NCBI GenBank assembly: GCA_022571295.1
Contig: JACZYA010000003.1
Location: forward strand, 1 to 56,529
DNA from: Acidobacteriota bacterium
GTDB taxonomy: Bacteria; Acidobacteriota; Terriglobia; Acidiferrales; 2-02-FULL-67-57
Direction: 5' to 3'
DNA length: 56,529 bases
Shown: positions 1 through 10,010 of the stretch, in pieces
How the letters are laid out: the number at the start of each line of letters is the position of its first letter
How positions within the stretch are numbered: the first letter of the stretch is position 1
The notes under the pieces: generated by a model
What the model saw: only the letters and a program-made list of their open reading frames with translations
What the model was told of the DNA's origin: nothing
The model's database searches: none
Translations under genes and position numbers: made by a program

Positions 1-1108
1 TCAACAACCCCTTGCGAGTCGTCCACTGGGGCCCATCTGTCCCGCCGTCTTCCGGCGTTTGGTTTCGCAGCGAAAAGACTACGGAGGCGCCGTAGATGAC
101 GATCAGCATCACGGCCAGCGCGGGAGCAAGAAAACTCGTGCCTGCCTCTGGTCCCACAGGCACGCCCAGCAGACGAACCGTCGGAAGGCCTATGGCCACC
201 AGGGCGCCGACCCCCGACACACCGTTCATGAGCCCCAGACCATGGGCGCCCACCCCCAGGATGTCGCGCGCGAATACCGGCAGGAAAGTCAGGTACGGCA
301 TACCGAACAGGCTCGCCATGGCAACCAGCCCCACCAGCAGAAGCAGTTGGGGATGGCTGCGCAGGTAGCGAAATCCCTCCCCAATCCCGCGCAGGCCGGA
401 AGTCGCGTGGGCATTGCGCTCGACGTGGTAGTGCAGCAGGGAGAGCGCCACCAGTGGGCAGAGGAAACTCAGCGCGTTCACAAAGAAGCAGGCCACCACT
501 CCCACCGTGCTCAGCAGGATGCCGGCGATGATCGGTCCGATGAAGCGCGAAAGGTTGAACTGAATTGAATTCAAGGCAATGGCGTTGAGCACATCTTCGC
601 GGCTGGAGAGGTCGCGCACCATGGCTTGGTAGGCGGGCGCATTCACCGCGCTGGTGCTGCCCAGCAGGAAGGTAAGAATCAGGATGGTGTTGTAGTTGAT
701 GATGCCCAGCCAGGTCAGAATCGCCAACGTCAACGCCAGCACCAGCATGGCCGAGTGGGTCGCCAGCAGCCAGCGGCGGCGGTTGACCCGGTCGGCGATC
801 ACTCCGCCCGGCAGCGAGAACAGCAGCGCCGGAGCGAACTGCGCGAAGCCCACCAAGCCCAGCAGGAGCGGCGAGTTGGTCATCTCCAGCACCAGCCAGC
901 CCAGGGCCAGGTGGTGCATCCAGGTGCCGATGTTGGAGACAAAGTTCCCGGTCCAGAACAACCGGTAGTTGCGGTGCCGCAGCGCGCGCAGAGCGCCTTT
1001 GCGGGGTTGCAGCCAGCGCGCCAGCCAGCCGGGCACCAGCGCTGTCGGCGCTATCGGAGAAGCATCCGGCTCCGGGCCGATGGGTTCACTGGATCGAGTG
1101 GAATTCAT
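1..1108 (-). CDS. MFS transporter (DUF894/MFS_3-like), 3' end runs off the window
   Basis: Not in the ORF track; read manually from ATG at 1108 on the minus strand: MNSTRSS...ALRALRHRNYRLFWTGNFVSNIGTWMHHLALGWLVLEMTNSPLLLGLVGFAQFAPALLFSLPGGVIADRVNRRR, i.e. MFS motif A and hydrophobic helices. Confidence 0.85.
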   Translation of the reverse strand, partial: MNSTRSSEPIGPEPDASPIAPTALVPGWLARWLQPRKGALRALRHRNYRLFWTGNFVSNIGTWMHHLALGWLVLEMTNSPLLLGLVGFAQFAPALLFSLPGGVIADRVNRRRWLLATHSAMLVLALTLAILTWLGIINYNTILILTFLLGSTSAVNAPAYQAMVRDLSSREDVLNAIALNSIQFNLSRFIGPIIAGILLSTVGVVACFFVNALSFLCPLVALSLLHYHVERNAHATSGLRGIGEGFRYLRSHPQLLLLVGLVAMASLFGMPYLTFLPVFARDILGVGAHGLGLMNGVSGVGALVAIGLPTVRLLGVPVGPEAGTSFLAPALAVMLIVIYGASVVFSLRNQTPEDGGTDGPQWTTRKGLL

Positions 1109-1301
1109 TAAGTTGGCTAAAAAAGACGAGCGCATAGTGTAACAGCTAGTTAGACGCCGCGAAACTCGGCTGGTTTACACTCAAATGACTATTTTTACTT
1201 TTTATACAATCGAGTCTGTTGATAGACGCAAGATTTCCGTGCGCGGCTGTGGCAAGAACTGTTTCCCTCGCATCTAATTGAATTGTCGGGCGACGGCCAA
1301 T

Positions 1302-1330
1302 TTGCTATTGTCCCACCGGGGTGCTAAGCT
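1302..1330 (+). promoter_or_regulatory. Candidate sigma70 promoter for the moaDE-nucleoside salvage operon
   Basis: TTGCTA-N17-TAAGCT with TG at the extended -10 position, 17 nt upstream of ATG 1348. Confidence 0.45.
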
Positions 1331-1347
1331 CCCAGCCGGGCGGGGAA

Positions 1348-2052
1348 ATGCAAGTCAAAGTCCTCTTTTTCGGACAACTCAAAGAAGTGGTGGGCGCGCC
1401 GGAGGAGCAAGTTGAGCTTCCCGAAGGCGCCAGCGTGGCCGACCTTTTTGCCCGCTACCAGCAGCGTTTCCCCCGCTTGGAAGAGTTCCGCCCCAGCATC
1501 GCAGTCGCAGTCAACCAGGAGTACACCGACAGCACCGCCGCGCTGCGGATGGGCGACGAAGTTGCTTTCCTGCCTCCCGTCAGCGGCGGCGCCGCCGATG
1601 TGGTGGAATTGACCCGCGAGCCCATCGCCGCGCAAGAGTTGGTCGCCCAGGTCAAAGCGCCACAGTCCGGCGCGGTGGTGGTGTTTGACGGCATTGTGCG
1701 CAATCACTCCGGCCAGCGCCGTACGGTCTGCCTCGACTACCAAGCCTACGAACCCATGGCCGTAGGCAAGATGCGGGAGATTGTGGGCCAGGTGCGGGCC
1801 CGCTTCGCGCTCGACGGGGTGGTGCTGGTGCACCGGCTGGGGCGCTTGCAGGTTGGAGAGACTAGCGTCCTAATCGCTGTCAGCGCTCCTCATCGCGCGG
1901 CTGCTTTTGATGCCTGCCGGTTTATCATCGAGCGTGTCAAGCACGACCTCCCCATCTGGAAGAAAGAGCAGTTTGCCGATGGGACGGTTTGGGTGGAAGG
2001 AGAGCCGCCCGCCTCCCCCATGGACGCTGTGCCCGCTCGCCAGGAATCGTGA
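1348..2052 (+). CDS. moaDE: Molybdopterin synthase MoaD-MoaE fusion (MoaX-like)
   Basis: MQVKVLFFGQLKE...AVNQEY...GDEVAFLPPVSGG (MoaD/ThiS) is directly followed by the MoaE motifs GAVVVFDGIVRN, HRLG, SAPHR, PIWKKE. Confidence 0.92.
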   Translation: MQVKVLFFGQLKEVVGAPEEQVELPEGASVADLFARYQQRFPRLEEFRPSIAVAVNQEYTDSTAALRMGDEVAFLPPVSGGAADVVELTREPIAAQELVAQVKAPQSGAVVVFDGIVRNHSGQRRTVCLDYQAYEPMAVGKMREIVGQVRARFALDGVVLVHRLGRLQVGETSVLIAVSAPHRAAAFDACRFIIERVKHDLPIWKKEQFADGTVWVEGEPPASPMDAVPARQES

Positions 2053-2993
2053 ACCTCGCCGCTGCAACCCTCGCTTCCTCACGTCTGATTCGCGTGGTCT
2101 GTTTGTGCGTGGCGCTTTTCTCCGCCGGCGCAACGCTGCCGGCGCAGGTGCCGCCGCGCGACACTTTCCGCTATCGGGTTGATGTGGGGTTGGTGTTGGT
2201 GCCGGCCAGCGTCATCACCAAGGAAGGCCAGCCGCTGACCACGCTCGGCCGCGATGACTTTGAAATCTACGAGGACGGAGAGCTGCGGCCGTTGCAGGTC
2301 TTTGAAAAGAGCACGCAATTGCCGTTGCAGCTTGCTTTGCTGATTGACACCAGTCTGAGCGCGGCCAAAGAGTTGCCGTCGCAAAAGGCCTCTGTGAGCC
2401 GCTTTATTTCTCGCGTGCTTCGGCCGGAAGACGCGGCCGCGCTGCTGGATTTCTCCGGTGAGACCAAAACCCAGGTTGAGTTTTCCTCTGATCACGCTCT
2501 GCTGGAGGCTGGCCTGAAGGAAATCAAGGTCAAGGCCGGCACCGCGCTCTATGATGCCGTCATCGAAGCCGCTGCCCTACTGAAAGAGCGCGAGGGTCGG
2601 CGCGTCATGATCCTCGTCACCGACGGCAACGATACCACCAGCAAGAGCGACTACCACGCCGCCCTGCGGGCTGCTCAGGAAGTGGACGCCACCATCTACG
2701 CCTTGATCACGCGCCCCATCCGGGGAGAAAGCGGGCGCAGCGTGCGAGGTGAGCACGTCCTGATTTCCTATGCCGAAATGACGGGTGGACAGGTCTTCTT
2801 TCCCTCCGCGATGGCGGGGTTGGACCGCTTCTTTGACGAGCTCAGTGAAGTCCTGCGGACGCAGTATCTTCTCGGCTTCGCTCCCGGCCCGGGCGCGGCG
2901 CGGGACGACTTCCGCACCATCGAAGTCCGCGTCAAGGGCGGTGGCTACGTGGTGCGGCACCGCAAGGGCTACTACCCGCAGCCGCTGCCATGA
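2049..2993 (+). CDS. Secreted VWA-domain protein (acidobacterial VWFA-related type)
   Basis: GTG overlaps the moaE stop; signal-peptide-like N terminus; MIDAS DTSLS, GTALYDA, LVTDGND, LRTQYLLG...RHRKGYY. Confidence 0.85.
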   Translation: MNLAAATLASSRLIRVVCLCVALFSAGATLPAQVPPRDTFRYRVDVGLVLVPASVITKEGQPLTTLGRDDFEIYEDGELRPLQVFEKSTQLPLQLALLIDTSLSAAKELPSQKASVSRFISRVLRPEDAAALLDFSGETKTQVEFSSDHALLEAGLKEIKVKAGTALYDAVIEAAALLKEREGRRVMILVTDGNDTTSKSDYHAALRAAQEVDATIYALITRPIRGESGRSVRGEHVLISYAEMTGGQVFFPSAMAGLDRFFDELSEVLRTQYLLGFAPGPGAARDDFRTIEVRVKGGGYVVRHRKGYYPQPLP

Positions 2994-3790
2994 ATCGCTA
3001 CTTGCAAGCCGCGCAGGAAATCGCCCGGCAGGCGGGGGACCTGCTGCTGGACGAATTTCAGAAATCCCACAAGTTCGAATATAAGGGGGGAGTGGAAATC
3101 GTCACGGCGGCCGACCGGCGCTCGGAGGAATTCATTGTTGAGCGCCTGCGCACCTTCTTCCCACCGCACGCAATCATCGGTGAAGAGGGCGGCGAGCGCG
3201 CCACCGAGTCCGACTACTGCTGGTACGTGGACCCGCTCGACGGCACCACCAACTTCGCCCACGGCTATCCGCTGTTTGCCGTTTCAATGGCATTGGTCCG
3301 GAGCGGAGAAATTCTGGTGGGTGTGGTGCACGACCCGGTCCGCGCGGAGACCTTCTACGCCGTGCGCGGGGAAGGCGCCTGGCTGAACCAGAAGCGCATC
3401 CAGGTCAGCGCCACCGAACAGTTGAGTGAGAGTCTGCTGGCTACCGGCTTTAACGCCCAGCAGCGCAACCGTGGGACTAATATTCACTACTACAACCGCT
3501 TCAACCTGCTCACCCACGGCGTGCGCCGCGATGGCTCCGCCGCGCTCGACCTCTGCTACGTCGCCTGTGGACGCTTCGATGGTTTCTGGGAATTCAACCT
3601 CAAGTCCTGGGACACAGCCGCCGGCACGCTGGTGGCTCGCGAGGCGGGCGGTTTGGTGACGGATTTGAAAGGCCTGCCCTACCGGCTCGGCGATGTCGAG
3701 CTCGCCGCCAGCAACGGCCGCATTCACCCTACGATGCAGGAGGTATTTGCAGAAGTTTCGGAGCAGGCGGCGCGCGCGCCGGCCTCTTGA
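2990..3790 (+). CDS. suhB: Inositol monophosphatase family protein
   Basis: WYVDPLDGTTNFAHG, GSAALDLCYVACGRFDG, WDTAAG motifs. Confidence 0.93.
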   Translation: MNRYLQAAQEIARQAGDLLLDEFQKSHKFEYKGGVEIVTAADRRSEEFIVERLRTFFPPHAIIGEEGGERATESDYCWYVDPLDGTTNFAHGYPLFAVSMALVRSGEILVGVVHDPVRAETFYAVRGEGAWLNQKRIQVSATEQLSESLLATGFNAQQRNRGTNIHYYNRFNLLTHGVRRDGSAALDLCYVACGRFDGFWEFNLKSWDTAAGTLVAREAGGLVTDLKGLPYRLGDVELAASNGRIHPTMQEVFAEVSEQAARAPAS

Positions 3791-3826
3791 ACCATTGGAC
3801 GCTCAAGCTTTATCGGGTTTTACCGA

Positions 3827-4708
3827 ATGTTACAGCTAGCGCGCAATTTTCGCGCTCTCCTAGGCCAGAGCACATTGCTGCCTTTTCGCCAACCTCGAAC
3901 GCGCCGCCGCCACCGCCTGGTGGTTACGCACCAATCCATCTACCTCTCTCACCTGCCCGGGCCCTTTGCCGGCCTTCGCCTGGTGCACTTGAGCGATATC
4001 CACCACGGCCTCTACACCTCGCTGGAGCAGGTGGAGCGGGTGGTGGACTTGGCCAATCGCTTGTGCCCGGACGTGGTGGCGCTGACCGGAGATTTCGTCA
4101 CACAGTCTCCCAACTACATTGCTCCGGTGGCGCGGGCCTTGGGGCGTTTGCAAGCCCGCCTGGGAATTTTTGCCGTTCTCGGAAACCACGACTTTCGTGT
4201 CGGCGCTGACGCCGTCGCTGCCGCGCTTGAGCGCCACGGCATCGAGGTCTTGCGCAACCGAAGCGTTCAGATACGCTCTCTGCAGGCCAGCTTGACGCTA
4301 GCTGGGGTGGACGACTTTAGCTACGGCCAGGACAGTCTCCGGATGGCCCTCCGCCAAACCATCGTGCAGGAGGCCACCATTCTTCTCTCCCACAACCCGG
4401 CCGTTGCCGTGCAGGCCGCGGCCTTTGGTGTGGACCTCGTTCTCTCCGGGCACACCCACGGAGGGCAACTGCGTTTGATCCGCAGCTCTTTCCCGCGCGC
4501 TTTCGCTCGCCGGCGCGGTTTGCGTCCTCGCTTCCGCCACGGGTGGGAGCGAGTCGGGGACACCCAGCTTTACATCAGCCGAGGCATTGGTACGGTGGTG
4601 GTGCCGGTGCGGTTCCGGTGCCCGGCTGAGATTCCTGTCCTGCGCTTGGAGACTCGCAATCATCAAGCTGACCCAACCTCCGAGCCCCACGCCCATGCGG
4701 GTTCCTGA
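3827..4708 (+). CDS. Calcineurin-like metallophosphoesterase (YkuE/YaeI-like)
   Basis: SDIH, TGDF, GNHD, LSHNP, SGHTHGGQ, YISRGIG motifs. Confidence 0.9.
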   Translation: MLQLARNFRALLGQSTLLPFRQPRTRRRHRLVVTHQSIYLSHLPGPFAGLRLVHLSDIHHGLYTSLEQVERVVDLANRLCPDVVALTGDFVTQSPNYIAPVARALGRLQARLGIFAVLGNHDFRVGADAVAAALERHGIEVLRNRSVQIRSLQASLTLAGVDDFSYGQDSLRMALRQTIVQEATILLSHNPAVAVQAAAFGVDLVLSGHTHGGQLRLIRSSFPRAFARRRGLRPRFRHGWERVGDTQLYISRGIGTVVVPVRFRCPAEIPVLRLETRNHQADPTSEPHAHAGS

Positions 4709-6002
4709 CCTGATTCACAAGAAGCGCGATGCAGGCTCCCTGACGCGCGGTGAACTGTTTTTTCTGATCGAGCAGTACGCGCAGGGCGCCGTCCCTGACT
4801 ACCAGATGTCAGCTTGGCTGATGGCGGTCTTCTTCCGCGGCATGAACGCGGAGGAAACCGCTCACCTCACCGAGGCCATGCTGCGTTCAGGCCAGGTGCT
4901 GGACCTCAGCTCCATTCCCGGCACCAAAGTGGACAAGCACTCCACCGGCGGCGTCGGCGACAAGACCTCGTTGGTGGTGGCGCCGGCAGTGGCCGCTGCC
5001 GGGGTGCCGGTTCCCATGATCTCCGGCCGCGGCTTGGGTCACACCGGCGGAACCCTGGACAAGCTGGAAGCGATTCCCGGATTCAACGTGGGGCTGAGCC
5101 TGGACGAGTTTCGTCGCGCTTTGGCTGAGGTGGGCTGCGGGCTGATCGGGCAGACGGAAGAGATTGCGCCCGCTGACCGGAAGCTCTACGCTCTGCGCGA
5201 CGTCACCTGCACGGTGGAGAGCGTCCCCCTCATCACCGCTTCCATCCTGAGCAAAAAGTTGGCCGAAGGCATTGACGCGCTGGTGCTGGACGTCAAGGTA
5301 GGCTCGGGTGCCTTTATGAAAGACCAGCAGAGCGCGCGGCGGTTGGCGGAGTCGCTCCAGTCCATCGCCACCCGCATGGGCAAGCGGGTGGTAGCGTTGC
5401 TGACCGATATGGATCAGCCCCTGGGCTGCACAGTCGGAAATGCGCTGGAGGTGGCCGAAGCCATCGAGACCCTGCACGGGAAGGGCCCGGAAGATTTCCG
5501 CACTCTCTGCCGCGAACTCGCGGCCTGGATGCTAGTATTGGGCGGGCGCGCGGCAGACCTGCGCCAGGGCCAAGAGCAATTCGACTCGCTCATTCGCTCC
5601 GGCGCGGCGGCAGAAAAGTTTCGGCAGATCATTGAGCGCCAGGGCGGCGATGCCCGCGTGCTGGACGACCCTGGCCGGTTGCCGCAGGCGAAGGAGCAAG
5701 TGCCTTTCAAGGCGCGCCGCGGAGGGTTCCTGGTCAAGATGGAAGCAGAGCGGATCGGGCGGGCCGCGGTGGCGCTGGGGGCAGGCCGCGCCCAATTGGA
5801 GGACATCGTGGACCCGGCGGTTGGGCTGGTCTTGCACAAGAAGGTGGGCGATGCGGTCGAAACGGGCGAATGCTTGGTGACTCTGCACGTCAACCAAAGC
5901 GACCGCTTGGCCGAAGCGGAGGCGCTCCTGGCCGATGCGTTCGTCATCGCGCCCGCAGCGCCGTCGCGCCCGCGCCCGTTGGTGTTGGAAACCCTATCCT
6001 GA
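4695..6002 (+). CDS. pdp: Pyrimidine-nucleoside/thymidine phosphorylase
   Basis: DKHSTGGVGDKTS, MISGRGLGHTGGTLDKLE, SILSKK, LDVKVGSGAFMK. Start reassigned to ATG 4695. Confidence 0.95.
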   Translation: MRVPDLIHKKRDAGSLTRGELFFLIEQYAQGAVPDYQMSAWLMAVFFRGMNAEETAHLTEAMLRSGQVLDLSSIPGTKVDKHSTGGVGDKTSLVVAPAVAAAGVPVPMISGRGLGHTGGTLDKLEAIPGFNVGLSLDEFRRALAEVGCGLIGQTEEIAPADRKLYALRDVTCTVESVPLITASILSKKLAEGIDALVLDVKVGSGAFMKDQQSARRLAESLQSIATRMGKRVVALLTDMDQPLGCTVGNALEVAEAIETLHGKGPEDFRTLCRELAAWMLVLGGRAADLRQGQEQFDSLIRSGAAAEKFRQIIERQGGDARVLDDPGRLPQAKEQVPFKARRGGFLVKMEAERIGRAAVALGAGRAQLEDIVDPAVGLVLHKKVGDAVETGECLVTLHVNQSDRLAEAEALLADAFVIAPAAPSRPRPLVLETLS

Positions 6003-6037
6003 TTTCTCAGTCCGGTAAGAACTTTTGAGGAGGGACT

Positions 6038-7273
6038 ATGGGACGCCTGATGGGTTTTGTTGGCTTGCTGGTTATTTTGGGCATCGCTTGGTTGATTTCC
6101 ACCGACCGTCGGGCCATCAGCCGCAAGACTGTGCTCTGGGGCCTGGGATTGCAGTTCGGGTTCGCGCTGCTGATCTTGAAGACGCAGGTCGGGCGGGATG
6201 TCATCCAAATCTGCGCAGACGTTGTTACCCAAGTTCTGGGTTCCTCCGAGGCGGGCACGCGTTTCCTGTTCGGCCAACTCGGTTGGCAGCCCACGCCCGA
6301 TGCGCCCTTCTACTTTGCCTTTCAGGTGTTGCCGGCCATCATCTTCATCTCCGCGCTCTTCGCTGTGCTCTACTACTACGGCATCATGCAGGCCATCATC
6401 AGCGCCCTGGCCAAGGTGATGACCCGGCTGATGGGCACCAGCGGCGCTGAGTCGCTCAACGCCGCCGCCAGCATTTTCATGGGGCAGACCGAATCACCCC
6501 TGACCATTCGACCGTACCTCTCCAAGTTGACCCAGTCGGAGCTGCTCACCGTCATGACCGCCGGCATGGCTACCGTGCAGGGCGCCATCCTCGCCGCCTA
6601 CATTCGCGTGGGCGCCGACCCCCGCCACCTGTTGATGGCTGTGGTGATGGCGGCGCCAGCGGCGCTGGTGCTGGCAAAAATCATGGTGCCGGAAACCGAA
6701 AGCCCCGTAACAGCCGGCGTCGTCCGGCTGAAGGTCGAGCGGCAAGACCCGAACGTGCTGGGTGCCATCGCCCGCGGCACCACCGACGGGTTGAGCCTGG
6801 CCCTCAATGTCGGCGCTATGCTGATTGCGTTCCTGGCATTGTTGGCGCTGGTCAACCTGGCCTTTGAAAAGACGCACGACTTCTTGAGTTTTGTTGGCTT
6901 CCCCTATTTTCCAGCTGAGCTGGAGGTGTTGCTGGGCTGGTTCTTCAGCCCCCTGGCTTGGCTCATAGGCGTGCCCTGGAAGGATGCCGGCACGGTCGGC
7001 GGCCTGATGGGACTCCGCATGGTCACCAACGAAATCATCGCTTACGGCCAACTGGGACAACTGAGAGAGGTGCTCGACCCGCGCTCCTACACCATCGCCA
7101 CCTTTGCGCTCTGCGGCTTTGCCAACCTGGGTTCCATTGGCATCCAGATCGGCGGCATCGGCGCCCTGGCGCCCAACCGCCGCAACGACTTGGCCCGGCT
7201 GGGTTTTCGCGCCATGATGGCGGGATCGCTGGCCAACTTCATGTCAGCTTCCATCGCGGGCATTTTGTTATGA
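6038..7273 (+). CDS. nupC: Concentrative nucleoside transporter (CNT/NupC family)
   Basis: FAFQVLPAIIF, GAESLNAAASIFMGQTESPL, GMATV, NEIIAY, FALCGFAN motifs; RBS GAGGAGG. Confidence 0.95.
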   Translation: MGRLMGFVGLLVILGIAWLISTDRRAISRKTVLWGLGLQFGFALLILKTQVGRDVIQICADVVTQVLGSSEAGTRFLFGQLGWQPTPDAPFYFAFQVLPAIIFISALFAVLYYYGIMQAIISALAKVMTRLMGTSGAESLNAAASIFMGQTESPLTIRPYLSKLTQSELLTVMTAGMATVQGAILAAYIRVGADPRHLLMAVVMAAPAALVLAKIMVPETESPVTAGVVRLKVERQDPNVLGAIARGTTDGLSLALNVGAMLIAFLALLALVNLAFEKTHDFLSFVGFPYFPAELEVLLGWFFSPLAWLIGVPWKDAGTVGGLMGLRMVTNEIIAYGQLGQLREVLDPRSYTIATFALCGFANLGSIGIQIGGIGALAPNRRNDLARLGFRAMMAGSLANFMSASIAGILL

Positions 7274-7298
7274 TGGCTTTCCTTGTACCGGCAAGAGC

Positions 7299-8134
<836 letters not shown>

Positions 8135-8138
<4 letters not shown>

Positions 8139-8530
8139 CGGCAGCGCAACGCCGACTGGTGCAGCGAGCCCGCCGCGCGCGGCTGCGCGCCCTTGCGTCC
8201 TACTCCCACTTCTTGGTCGGCGCGGCGCTGGAGACCGAGCGCGGCCGCATCTACACCGGCTGCAACATCGAGAATGCCAGCTATGGTTTGTCCGTCTGCG
8301 CCGAGCGCGTGGCCATCTTCAAGGCTCTTTCAGAAGGCGAACGAAAGTTCAAGCGCCTGGCCGTGGTCGCCGATACCGACCGCCTGACCCCGCCCTGCGG
8401 CGCTTGCCGGCAAATCATCTGGGAATTCTGCGGCAATACCGAAATTGTGCTGGCCAATCTGAAAGGGAAGAGCAGCGTCGCGCGCATGCGGACGCTGCTG
8501 CCCAAACCCTTCGATGCCTCGCTCTTGTAG
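8135..8530 (+). CDS. cdd: Cytidine deaminase (tetrameric type)
   Basis: YSHFLVGAAL, GCNIENASY, CAERVA, PCGACRQ. Confidence 0.95.
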
Positions 8531-8556
8531 TTTGCCCAATATCCATAGGAGGTAGT

Positions 8557-9957
8557 GTGCTTCGTACCTGGTTATCTTTGCTGGCACTCGTAATCGCGGC
8601 TGCGCTGCTCCTTGCCTGCGCGCGCGGCGAGCCGGTGGACTTGCTAGTCACGGGCGGAACCGTGGTGACGATGGACGCCGACCGCCGGGTGATTGAAGAC
8701 GGCGCCGTGGCTGTTCGCGGCGAGCGCATCGTGGCCGTCGGTTCGGCCAGCGAGCTCAACCGGCGCTATCGAGCGCGGCATCGCCTGCAGGCTGACGGTC
8801 GGCTGGTCCTGCCCGGTTTGATTAACGCCCACACCCACGCGGCCATGTCGCTCTATCGCGGCGTGGCCGACGACTTGGATTTGGAGGAATGGCTGCAGGA
8901 CTACATCTTCCCCCTGGAAGCAAAGCTGACTACGCCGGAGTCCGTCTATTGGGGAACCAAGCTGGCGGCGCTGGAGATGATTCGCGGCGGGATTACCACT
9001 TTTGTGGACATGTACTATTTTGAGGACAAGGTCGCGGAAGCGTCGGCCGAAGCTGGCCTGCGCGTGGTGGCGGGCGAAACCATCCTGGATTTCCCCTCTC
9101 CCGATTTCAAAACTCCGGCCGAGGCTTTGCGCTGGACCGAGGACTTCATTAACCGTTGGCAGGGGCACCCGCTGGTTATACCGGCGGTGGCGCCCCACTC
9201 GGCCTACACTTGCTCGCGCGAGACTTTGCAGGCCGCCGCTGAGCTGGCGCGTCGCACCGGCGCTCCGCTGCTGATTCATCTGGCGGAGTCGAAGCTCACC
9301 GTAGATCAAGGGCGAAAAAAGTACGGCCAGAGCCCGGTGGCCTATCTGGCTGAGTTGGGTCTGTTCGATGTGCCCACGCTGGCGGCGCATTGCATTTGGT
9401 TGGATGAGCAAGATCAGATCCTGCTGGCGGAAAAAGGTGTTGGTTGCGTACACAATCCCACCAGCAACATGAAGCTGGCCAGCGGAGTTGCACCGGTAAT
9501 CGCGCTGCGAGCCGCCGGCGTTCCCGTGGGTTTGGGCACGGACGGTGCCGCCAGCAATAACGACTTGAACTTGTTCGAGGAAATGGACCTAGCGGCCAAA
9601 CTGCAAAAGCTAAGCTCCGGAGACCCGAAAGCGCTGCCGGCGGCGGACGCCCTGGCACTGGCGACTGTCGAAGGGGCGCGGGCCCTGGGCCTGGAACAGG
9701 AGATCGGCTCGTTGGAGGTGGGCAAGCGGGCCGACCTGATTGTGGTGCAGCGGAACGCGCCGCACGCCATTCCCTTCTACGATGTGTACGCGCAGATTGT
9801 GTACACCCTCAAAGCCAGCGATGTGGTGGCGAGTGTGATCAACGGCCAAGTGGTGTTGCAGGACGGCCGGGTGCTGACGCTGGACGAAGCCGCCCTCCGG
9901 CAGCGCGTGGCGGAGTACGCCCGGGCCGTTCGCGCCGTCCTTGAAGAACAGCCGTAG
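8557..9957 (+). CDS. MtaD/TRZ-ATZ-like amidohydrolase (nucleoside deaminase-like) with a lipoprotein-type signal peptide
   Basis: AGGAGG RBS then GTG 8557; LPGLINAHTH, APHS, IHLAES, AHC, HNPTSNMKLASG, GTDGAASNN; N terminus MLRTWLSLLALVIAAALLLAC. Confidence 0.88.
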   Translation: MLRTWLSLLALVIAAALLLACARGEPVDLLVTGGTVVTMDADRRVIEDGAVAVRGERIVAVGSASELNRRYRARHRLQADGRLVLPGLINAHTHAAMSLYRGVADDLDLEEWLQDYIFPLEAKLTTPESVYWGTKLAALEMIRGGITTFVDMYYFEDKVAEASAEAGLRVVAGETILDFPSPDFKTPAEALRWTEDFINRWQGHPLVIPAVAPHSAYTCSRETLQAAAELARRTGAPLLIHLAESKLTVDQGRKKYGQSPVAYLAELGLFDVPTLAAHCIWLDEQDQILLAEKGVGCVHNPTSNMKLASGVAPVIALRAAGVPVGLGTDGAASNNDLNLFEEMDLAAKLQKLSSGDPKALPAADALALATVEGARALGLEQEIGSLEVGKRADLIVVQRNAPHAIPFYDVYAQIVYTLKASDVVASVINGQVVLQDGRVLTLDEAALRQRVAEYARAVRAVLEEQP

Positions 9958-10010
9958 TTCGCGCCCTGCGCGGACAGAATCTCTCCCAGAGTTTTTCTGA
10001 TCAGGGTTTG

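Noticed and set aside
1109-1347. Moco riboswitch upstream of moaDE
   Set aside because: The candidate promoter leaves a very short leader and no Moco motif structure is visible.
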